In this document: piece after piece, positions 55,998 to 64,000 of the stretch
Layout: every line of letters begins with the position of its first letter
How positions within the stretch are numbered: position 1 is the stretch's first letter
Assembly: GCA_036389795.1 (NCBI GenBank)
Contig: DASVWD010000057.1
Coordinates: forward strand, 22,681-86,680
Length of the DNA stretch: 64,000 nucleotides
Direction: 5' to 3'
Source: Longimicrobium sp.
GTDB taxonomy: Bacteria > Gemmatimonadota > Gemmatimonadetes > Longimicrobiales > Longimicrobiaceae
Notes under the pieces: model-generated
The model's database searches: none
Seen by the model: only the letters and a program-made list of their open reading frames with translations
What the model was told of the DNA's origin: nothing
Position numbers and translations under genes: made by a program

Positions 55998-56327
55998 ATG
56001 CAGTTCCACGCCCGCCCCACGCTGCTCTGCTTCGGCGCGCTCGCCGCGCTCTCGGTCGCCGCCGCCTGCTCCGGCTCGGCCACGAGCGCCGACGAGGCGC
56101 TGGCGCCGGGCGGCCCCGCGTTCCTCACCGCCCCGGCGCCACCTCCTCCTCCGCCTCCGCCTCCTCCCCCGCCTCCGCCGATTACGCCCGAGGACTCGGT
56201 GCAGTCCGGGTACGGGAGCGGGTCCACCGGCGGGCTCGAGTACGAGACCTTCGAGTACGAGCCGGAGACGGGAACCGAGTACGTGGCCACGCCCGACACG
56301 CAGTCGACGCCGGATCCGGAGCCGTAA
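55998..56327 (+). CDS. Small lipoprotein with a 14-residue polyproline run
   Basis: GGAGGAGGA Shine-Dalgarno. Lipobox LSVAAAC. Sequence APAPPPPPPPPPPPPPPITP. Confidence 0.65.
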   Translation: MQFHARPTLLCFGALAALSVAAACSGSATSADEALAPGGPAFLTAPAPPPPPPPPPPPPPPITPEDSVQSGYGSGSTGGLEYETFEYEPETGTEYVATPDTQSTPDPEP

Positions 56328-56536
56328 GCCGCGATCGACGCCGGAGCCCGCCCGGCGGCCCCTCGCGGCCCGCTTCCCGACGTCGGCAGCAGCATCCAGC
56401 CGCCCTCCGCGCGCCAGGCGCGGAGGGCGGCTCTCGTTTCGGGAACGCCGCACGGCGGAAGAAAACGCGGGTTGCTGCACGCGAATTGCCCGTGCCATCC
56501 GCGGTTCGACGTCGGACGAAAGGACGGGGCGAGGGA

Positions 56537-58645
56537 ATGGACGGGAAGACGGGCGGAGGGAGCGCGGGCGCGGCGGGCGAGACCAGCGTGCGGACGGTGT
56601 TCGCCGGGCTGATGCTGGGGATGCTGCTGGCGGCGGTGGCGCAGACGATCATCGCCCCGGCGATGCCGCGCATCGTGGCCGAGCTGGGCGGGATGGAGCA
56701 CTACTCCTGGATCGCGGTGTCGGCGCTGCTGGCGTCCACGGTGATCGTCCCCGTGGTGGGGAAGCTCTCGGACCTGTACGGGCGCAAGGCGTTCTACGTG
56801 GCCGGGATCGGCGTCTTCATGGCGTCGTCGCTGGTGGCGGGGCTGGCGGGGAGCTTCGGCACGTTCATGGTCGCGCGGGTGCTGGAGGGGCTGGGGATGG
56901 GCACGATGATGCCCCTGTCGCAGGCCATCATCGGCGACCTGGTGCCGCCGAGGGAGCGCGGGAAGTACCAGGGGCTCATGGGCGGCGTCTTCGGCCTGGC
57001 GTCGATCGTGGGGCCGTTCGTGGGCGGGGCGATCACCGACCACCTGGGGTGGCGCTGGCTCTTCTTCGTGAACATCCCCGTGGGGCTGGTGGCGCTCGGC
57101 TTCATCGTCCCCTTCATGCGGCTCGGGCACGAGCGGCGCCCGCACCGCATCGACTACGCGGGCTTCGTCACCCTCTCGGTGGGGCTCACCTGCGCGCTCC
57201 TGGCCACGGTGTGGGGCGGCACCGAGCATCCGTGGGGCTCGCCGACGATCGTCGGGCTGTACGCCGTCGGCGCGGCGTCGCTCGCGCTCTTCGTGTGGGT
57301 GGAGACCAGGGCCCCGGAGCCGGTGCTGCCGCTCAGGCTATGGAGGAACGGGATCTTCACCGCGGCCAACGTGGCGAACATGGCGGTGGCGATGGCCATG
57401 TTCGGCGCCATCTACTTCATCCCCGTCTACGTGCAGGGGGTGATGGGCAGGAGCGTGACCGGCTCGGGCGCGGTGCTCACGCCGATGATGCTCTCGATGG
57501 TGGCGATGAGCGCGCTCTCGGGACAGGTGATCTCGCGCACGGGGCGCTACAAGGCGCCGGTGCTGCTGGGGATCGCGCTGATGGCGGCGGGGCTCTTCCT
57601 GCTGGCGCGCATGGACCGCTCCACCTCGTACGGCGCGCTGGTGCGCAACATGGCGTTCGTGGGGCTGGGGCTGGGCACCGCGATGCCGACGTTCGTGCTG
57701 GTCGTGCAGAACGCGGTGGCGCGCGAGGACCTGGGGGTGGCCACGGCAGCCACGCAGCTCTTTCGCTCCATCGGCTCCAGCGTGGGGATCGCGGTGCTGG
57801 GGACGATCATGTCCACGCGGCTGGCCGCCGAGCTGGAGCGGCTGGCGGCGGGCGGCGCGGGGGCGGCGCTCCCCGCCGGGGCGGCGGGCGAGGGCGCGGG
57901 GGCGGTGCTGAACCCGGAGCTGATGCGGCACCTGCCGCCCGCGGTGCTGGAGGCGTTCCGCGAGGCGCTGGCGGCGGCGCTGCACCCGGTGTTCGTGGCC
58001 ACGGTGCCGATCGCGGGGGTGGCGTTCGCGGCCGCGCTCCTGCTGCGCGAGATCCCGCTGCGGCGCACCACGGGCGCCGAGGCCGCCGAGGCGGGGAAGG
58101 AGATCCTGGCGGGGCTGAACCAGGCGGGCGAGGGCGACGAGGAGCCGGTGCTGGGGCGGCCGAACCCCGCCTACGAGTCGCGCGCGGCGTTCCTGGGGCT
58201 GGTGTTCGGCCTGCTGGCGCACGAGGCGGATCGGGGCGGCCGGGCGCGGCTGGGCGAGCTGCTGGCGCGCATGGGCGAGGGCGACCGTGAGCTCGGGCGC
58301 AGGCGGCTGGACGCGGTGGCGGGCGCGCTCCTGCGCGAGTGCGCGGGCGACGGGGAGGAGGGCGCCTCCCCCGTCCAGGCGGCGCTCAGCGGCGGGAGCG
58401 TGCGCCCCGCCTCGCTGGAGCCGCGCTCGGAGTTCGAGCGCGCGCTGGCCGACTCGCCGGGCGAGCTGCGCGAGCGGCTGCGCGCGCTGGTGACGGGCGG
58501 GGCCGGCCGGTCCCCCGCCGCGGTGCTCACCCCCGCCGACCTGGAGACGCTGGAGCGCATCGGCGTGGCGGCGAGCGCGGCGCTCCTGCTCGACCTGCGC
58601 GGGGAGAACGGGGGCCGGGGGAACGGGAGCGGGGACGCGGCGTGA
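56537..58645 (+). CDS. MFS transporter (DHA2/EmrB-like, 14 TM) with a C-terminal soluble extension of about 200 aa
   Basis: Start at ATG 56537 (GAGGGA Shine-Dalgarno). Motifs GKLSDLYGRK and WRWLFFVNIP. Long Ala/Gly/Arg/Glu-rich tail after the last TM. Confidence 0.88.
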   Translation: MDGKTGGGSAGAAGETSVRTVFAGLMLGMLLAAVAQTIIAPAMPRIVAELGGMEHYSWIAVSALLASTVIVPVVGKLSDLYGRKAFYVAGIGVFMASSLVAGLAGSFGTFMVARVLEGLGMGTMMPLSQAIIGDLVPPRERGKYQGLMGGVFGLASIVGPFVGGAITDHLGWRWLFFVNIPVGLVALGFIVPFMRLGHERRPHRIDYAGFVTLSVGLTCALLATVWGGTEHPWGSPTIVGLYAVGAASLALFVWVETRAPEPVLPLRLWRNGIFTAANVANMAVAMAMFGAIYFIPVYVQGVMGRSVTGSGAVLTPMMLSMVAMSALSGQVISRTGRYKAPVLLGIALMAAGLFLLARMDRSTSYGALVRNMAFVGLGLGTAMPTFVLVVQNAVAREDLGVATAATQLFRSIGSSVGIAVLGTIMSTRLAAELERLAAGGAGAALPAGAAGEGAGAVLNPELMRHLPPAVLEAFREALAAALHPVFVATVPIAGVAFAAALLLREIPLRRTTGAEAAEAGKEILAGLNQAGEGDEEPVLGRPNPAYESRAAFLGLVFGLLAHEADRGGRARLGELLARMGEGDRELGRRRLDAVAGALLRECAGDGEEGASPVQAALSGGSVRPASLEPRSEFERALADSPGELRERLRALVTGGAGRSPAAVLTPADLETLERIGVAASAALLLDLRGENGGRGNGSGDAA

Positions 58646-58788
58646 GGCGCGGCGGGGACGGCCCAAATCCTCTTGCCACTCTTCGAGCCCGCCCCTTAAC
58701 GGACCTTGCCTTCATTCACCAAACCCGTCCAAAGACCTGCTCTGCATCCCATCTACGTCAGAATCCACAGGAGAAATGATCCGCACCA

Positions 58789-58817
58789 TTGGGAGACAAC
58801 GAAGATCCTGTTAGAAA
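58789..58817 (+). promoter_or_regulatory. Candidate sigma-70-type promoter (TTGGGA-N17-TAGAAA, TGT extended)
   Basis: Lies in a low-GC spacer, about 95 nt upstream of ATG 58913. Confidence 0.45.
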
Positions 58818-58912
58818 TCTGCACGTAAACAAATGGGGTGGCGCAACCGGCACGTTCTGATTACCATTATCCGCGCACTAACTTTTCCAATCATTTTTTA
58901 GGAGGTGGTCCG

Positions 58913-60007
58913 ATGGGTCCGTCTGCGATGACCAGGAAGATCCGGCCGGTGTGGCGTCTCGCCCTGCTCGCGGGGCTGGTGCTCGGCGGAGCGGCCGCGT
59001 GCGAGCGGGAGCTCACCTCGGTTCCCGGCGGGGCGGTGATGGCGGAGACGGTCGGAAGCGGGGCGATCGCCGGGCGCGTGCTGGACGTGTCGGGCGTCCC
59101 GGTGCCCGGCGCCCGCGTGAGCACCCCCGAGGGGGCCTCGGCGGTCACCGGCGCGGGCGGGGAGTTCGTCCTCGCGGGGCTGCCGGCCGCCGAGCGGCTG
59201 GCGGCCACGGTGACGGCGGAGGGCTACGCCTCCACGACGGCGATCTACCGGGTGGTCCCGGGGGCCACGCTCTCCCGCGAGATCCGGGTGCTGCGCCGCG
59301 GGCCGCGCGTGCGCATCGACGCAGCGGCGGGCGGGGTGGTGGCGTTCGCGGGCGGCGGGCGCGTGACGATTCCGCCCAACGCGTTCGCGGGGGTGAAGCC
59401 GGGCGAGTCGGTCACCGTGCAGGTCACCTACTACGACCCGGCGGCCGAGGGGCAGCTGGCCGCCGCGCCGGGCGACTTCAGCGCCACCGAGGCGGACGGG
59501 ACGGCGTCGCAGCTGGAGACGGCGGGGATGGTGGACGTGTTCGTGACCAACGCGCAGAACGCGCAGGTCAGCGTGGCGCCGGGGCAGCAGGTGCAGATCA
59601 GCTTCCCCGACCGCGACGGGGGCGCCGTGGCCACGTGGGGGCTGTACCGCTTCGACACCAGCACGGGCACGTGGGTGCGCACGGGCGACGCCCCGCCCGC
59701 TCCCGACGGCACGCAGCAGGCGAGGGTCCCGTCGGTGGACCGGCCCTGGAACGCCGACCAGCCGCTCATCACCACCTGCATCACGGTGAAGGTGGAGGAC
59801 CTGGGCGGCGCCCCGCGCGCCAACGAGCTGGTGGAGGTGGAGGGGACGAACTGGCGCGCCAGCGGGTGGACGGACTCCAGCGGGAGCGTGGACATCCGGG
59901 TGAAGTCGTCGTCGCAGGCCGACGTCTCGGCGGGGCCGGCGGCGCAGACGATCACCACGCCGTCCGCCAGCCAGAACTGCACCCCGTCGGTGACGCTCGC
60001 CTACTGA
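58913..60007 (+). CDS. Lipoprotein with a carboxypeptidase-regulatory-like (CarboxypepD_reg) domain
   Basis: Strong AGGAGG Shine-Dalgarno. Lipobox LGGAAAC. Sequence IAGRVLDVSGVPVPGARVS...GEFVLAGLP. Confidence 0.8.
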   Translation: MGPSAMTRKIRPVWRLALLAGLVLGGAAACERELTSVPGGAVMAETVGSGAIAGRVLDVSGVPVPGARVSTPEGASAVTGAGGEFVLAGLPAAERLAATVTAEGYASTTAIYRVVPGATLSREIRVLRRGPRVRIDAAAGGVVAFAGGGRVTIPPNAFAGVKPGESVTVQVTYYDPAAEGQLAAAPGDFSATEADGTASQLETAGMVDVFVTNAQNAQVSVAPGQQVQISFPDRDGGAVATWGLYRFDTSTGTWVRTGDAPPAPDGTQQARVPSVDRPWNADQPLITTCITVKVEDLGGAPRANELVEVEGTNWRASGWTDSSGSVDIRVKSSSQADVSAGPAAQTITTPSASQNCTPSVTLAY

Positions 60008-60032
60008 GCCGACACGCCGCGGTGCACGACGA

Positions 60033-60078
60033 AGAGGCCGGCTCCGGGATCGATCCGGGGCCGGCCTCGTCGTCTTTT
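60033..60078 (+). terminator. Rho-independent terminator after the lipoprotein gene
   Basis: Sequence GAGGCCGGCTCCGGGATCGATCCGGGGCCGGCCTC, then GTCGTCTTTTCC. Confidence 0.6.
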
Positions 60079-60106
60079 CCGACGCTCGAACTGATAAAAA
60101 ACTTCT

Positions 60107-60204
60107 GGCCTCACACAGAGTCAGCAGAGTCAGCGGAGTTTCTCTGCTAACTCTGCTGGCTCTGCGTGAAGACCAGTCTTTTGCCGTTCTTTTGCCGGAC
60201 TCTG
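60107..60204. repeat. Repeat family D copy 2 (inverse orientation relative to 2167-2253)
   Basis: Sequence GGCCTCACACAGAGTCAGCAGAGTCAGCGGAG...CTCTGCTAACTCTGCTGGCTCTGCGTGAAG...TTTGCCGGACTCTG. Confidence 0.8.
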
Positions 60205-60205
60205 A

Positions 60206-60403
60206 TCAGAGGTCGACGGCGCCGAAGGCGAGGAGGAGCGCCACCACGCCGCCGAGGACGGCGGTCCAGAACGCCCACAGCTTGTAGAAGGCGAGGCCCG
60301 GGTACAGGCGTTTGTACAGCCACGCCAGCGCCGCCCCGCCGCCGAACGCCCCCACCATCCACGCCGCGGCCACCGCCGCCCACGCCGCCCAGCCGCCGTC
60401 CAC
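60206..60403 (-). CDS. Small Trp-rich two-TM membrane protein (65 aa)
   Basis: High GC3. GTG start without a clear Shine-Dalgarno. Immediately downstream of the NtrC-type regulator. Confidence 0.4.
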   Translation of the reverse strand: MDGGWAAWAAVAAAWMVGAFGGGAALAWLYKRLYPGLAFYKLWAFWTAVLGGVVALLLAFGAVDL

Positions 60404-60417
60404 GGAAGGCCCGGCGC

Positions 60418-61779
<1,362 letters not shown>

Positions 61780-61788
61780 CTATCGGTC

Positions 61789-61844
61789 GGTGCGGGAGTG
61801 CGTGAGTGCGAAAGTGCGTGAGTACGAAAGTACGAGAGTACGGG
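61789..61844. repeat. Repeat family C copy (seven tandem octamers, single arm)
   Basis: Sequence GGTGCGGG-AGTGCGTG-AGTGCGAA-AGTGCGTG-AGTACGAA-AGTACGAG-AGTACGGG. Confidence 0.75.
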
Positions 61845-61855
61845 CTCGCCTGGTA

Positions 61856-62464
61856 TCAACGCCCGGCGGGGGGCGACAGGACCAGCTCGCCGCGCTCCAC
61901 GCGGGCGGAGCCGACGCCGGGCGGGAGCGGGACGGCGTACTCGTTGGGCGCCAGCCCCGGCTCGTCGCGGCGGCCGGCGCTCTTCAGCACGTCCGGATAC
62001 ACGTCCGCCGGGACGGGCACCCTGGCGAACGACGCGTTGTCCACGCGCAGGGCGGCGCGGCCCGGCCCCAGCGTGCGCAGGCCGCCGCTCACCTTCACGT
62101 CGGCCGTGTCGGGGAGGAACTCGCGGATCGCGCGCGTCTGCCGCGTGTCGGGAAGCCGGTCGGTGGGGAAGCGGCCCGTCACGGTCACCCGGTCGCCCTC
62201 GAAGTCCACCGCGGGGTCGGAGACCTGCCCGCTGAAGGCGTCCTGGTAGCGGTAGCGCACGTAGCTGGTGAACTCCACGTCCGACAGGCGCACCGTCTCG
62301 CCGTCGCTGCGCAGCCGCTCCAGCTTCTCCTCGGCCGAGCGCGCCGCCTCGGGCGAGACCGCGACGGGCTCCTTCTTCCGCCATGGCCCGGGGATGTGCT
62401 CGCGGAAGTACCACCCGCCCGCCAGCAAGGCCGCGAGCCCGATCAGTGCCAGTAGGAATCGCAT
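61856..62464 (-). CDS. Hypothetical membrane-anchored protein
   Basis: Internal ATG. Sequence MRFLLALIGLAALLAGGWYF (signal anchor). High GC3. No family recognised. Confidence 0.6.
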   Translation of the reverse strand: MRFLLALIGLAALLAGGWYFREHIPGPWRKKEPVAVSPEAARSAEEKLERLRSDGETVRLSDVEFTSYVRYRYQDAFSGQVSDPAVDFEGDRVTVTGRFPTDRLPDTRQTRAIREFLPDTADVKVSGGLRTLGPGRAALRVDNASFARVPVPADVYPDVLKSAGRRDEPGLAPNEYAVPLPPGVGSARVERGELVLSPPAGR

Positions 62465-62526
62465 CGGCTTCGCCTGCTTCGTCTCGGTTTCGATGGATCG
62501 GAACGGCGAACGGCAACTGCGTCTCT

Positions 62527-62823
62527 GGGCGTGTCCCCGCTCTCGCGGGCCGGGCTGCGCGCGCCGTAGGGCAGCAAACGACGCTGCCCAACGGCGCCGG
62601 GCCACGGTCGCGCCAGACCCCACGGCGCGCCCGTGTCCCGGCCCTCCGGGCGCGCATCCCTCACGCTCGTGCCGCTCCGCCCGGTCCCGATGCGGCGGCC
62701 ACCCTCGGCCGGGCGAGGCATGCCTCGCCCCTGCGGGAACCCCGTTCCAACACCGGTCCCGCAAAGTACCCTCTCCCGAAGCCGGGAGAGGGTGGCGGCG
62801 CGGTAGCGGCGCCGGGTGAGGGC
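62527..62823. repeat. Composite REP-like element E copy 2
   Basis: Same modules as 33006-33180, plus a GGGCGAGGCATGCCTCGCCCCTGCGG hairpin also seen at about 22968-22995. Confidence 0.75.
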
Positions 62824-62832
62824 CCGCCCGGG

Positions 62833-64000
62833 TTAGCTACCCGCCGCCGCCCCCATGGTTTCGCGGGCGGCTTCCGCGGCCAGGGCGCGCACGGCAGCCG
62901 CGGCGCGGTCCACCTCGTCGTCCGTGGTCGCCCAGCCCACGGAGAAGCGCACGGCGCCGGTCTCCGCCGTCCCGAGCGCGGCGTGCGCCTCGGGGGCGCA
63001 GTGCAGGCCGGCGCGCGTCATCACCCCGTGCTCGCGGTCCAGCCGCGCGGCCACGTCGCCGGGGTGCATCCCGTCCACCGTCGCCGTCACGATCCCCACC
63101 CCCGCGGGCGCCGCCGGGGAGCGGACGCGCACCCCCGGCGTCGCCCCGAGCGCGTCGAAGAGCCGCGCCTTGAGTGTGCTCTCCCGCGCGTGGACGGACT
63201 CGACGCCGCGCTCCAGCAGCCACTCCACCCCCGCCAGCAGCCCCGCGATCCCGGGGCCGTTCAGCGACCCCGCCTCCAGCCGGTCCGGCATCGCCACGGG
63301 CATGTCGAAGGGGAGCGAGTCGCCCCCCGTGCCGCCGGAGAAGACCGGGTCGATCTCGACGCCCTCGCGCACGTAGAGCCCGCCCGTCCCCTGCGGCCCC
63401 AGCAGCCCCTTGTGCCCGGTGAAGGCGAGCACGTCGACCCCCATCGCCTCCACGTCGATCGCCAGGTGGCCGGCGGCCTGGGCGGCGTCGACCACCACCA
63501 GCGCGCCGGCCGCGTGCGCGCGCCCGGCCATCTCGCGCGCCGGGAGCGCGGCGCCGGTCACGTTGCAGGCGAGCGGGAACGTCACCAGGCGCGGGCGTCG
63601 GCCCGGCGCCGCCAGCGCGCGCTCCAGCTCGTCCAGGTCGACGCCGCCGTCCGCGGTACCCGCCAGCACCGTCACCTCCACGCCGCGGCGGGAGAGCGCG
63701 GCCAGGGGGCGGCGGGCGGCGTTGTGGTCCCACGCGGTGCGCACCACGCGGTCGCCCGGCGCCAGCAGCCCCAGGAGCGCGGCGTTCAGCGCGTAGGTGG
63801 CGTTCGGCTGGAAGGCGATGCGGCCGGGATCGCCGCGCGCGCCGAAGAGCGCCGCCAGCGCGCGCCGGCAGCGGAAGGCGATGCGACCCGCCTCGATGGC
63901 GCGGCGGTGCCCCGACCTCCCCGGCGTGGCGCCCACCTCGCGCAGGTAGCGCGCGACGGCCTCGAGCACCGCGTCGGGGCGGACGGCCGAGGTCGCCGCG
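62833..64000 (-). CDS. Class V aminotransferase-fold PLP enzyme (cysteine desulfurase/SufS-CsdA-like), 5' end beyond the window
   Basis: Sequence FTGHKGLLGPQGTGGLYV (PLP Lys) and HCAPEAH. The frame stays open from 63969 to the window end. Confidence 0.85.
   Translation of the reverse strand, partial: AATSAVRPDAVLEAVARYLREVGATPGRSGHRRAIEAGRIAFRCRRALAALFGARGDPGRIAFQPNATYALNAALLGLLAPGDRVVRTAWDHNAARRPLAALSRRGVEVTVLAGTADGGVDLDELERALAAPGRRPRLVTFPLACNVTGAALPAREMAGRAHAAGALVVVDAAQAAGHLAIDVEAMGVDVLAFTGHKGLLGPQGTGGLYVREGVEIDPVFSGGTGGDSLPFDMPVAMPDRLEAGSLNGPGIAGLLAGVEWLLERGVESVHARESTLKARLFDALGATPGVRVRSPAAPAGVGIVTATVDGMHPGDVAARLDREHGVMTRAGLHCAPEAHAALGTAETGAVRFSVGWATTDDEVDRAAAAVRALAAEAARETMGAAAGS

Noticed and set aside
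58840-58865. Sigma-54 promoter-like GGCACG-N4-GATTA upstream of the lipoprotein gene (an NtrC-type activator is encoded nearby)
   Set aside because: The -12 TGC element is absent, and the spacing and sequence fit poorly. A sigma-70-type promoter fits better.
58838-58912. Alternative upstream start for the CarboxypepD_reg lipoprotein (389-aa version in the track)
   Set aside because: The extension lies in the AT-rich leader and includes the AGGAGG that is ideally spaced for ATG 58913. The signal peptide begins right after 58913.

Overview
About 70% GC bacterial chromosomal segment, densely coding (about 65 CDS). I found no rRNA, tRNA, CRISPR array, transposase or integrase by eye. All family names come from motif recognition from memory; no database search was run.

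Most of the window is conserved housekeeping operons, mainly on the minus strand:
- rpsO-pnp
- rimP-nusA-ylxQ-infB-DUF503-rbfA-truB-ribF
- rpsB-tsf-pyrH-frr-uppS-cdsA-dxr-rseP
- rplM-rpsI
- dut, ald, murA, uvrD, serS, lepB, an RpoD-type sigma factor, an NtrC-type regulator and a histidine kinase

Gene order and the short sigma factor and EF-Ts are compatible with a Gemmatimonadota/FCB-like organism (low confidence).

Accessory content, in order of interest:
1. Six tandem mini-ORFs at 996-2162, each with a near-identical leader and a hypervariable Cys/Ser/Thr/Pro-rich C-terminus. This looks like a RiPP precursor array. Two of the six are missing from the supplied ORF track, and no maturase is visible in the window.
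2. A low-GC two-gene cassette at 51134-51937, wedged between rplM and the sigma factor, encoding a TIR/nucleoside-deoxyribosyltransferase-like protein.
3. A toxin-antitoxin/FRG island at 18.4-21.7 kb (RES-Xre, an orphan FRG-domain gene, BrnT-BrnA).
4. A ParD-ParD fusion with a ParE toxin that has no canonical start codon and is also absent from the ORF track.
5. A split NadE-like module with a degenerate PP-loop, behind a P-II-like gene.
6. Several families of intergenic repeats, including hairpins whose arms are tandem 7-, 8- or 9-nt units.

The many long R/P/A/G-rich ORFs in the track are high-GC shadow frames.
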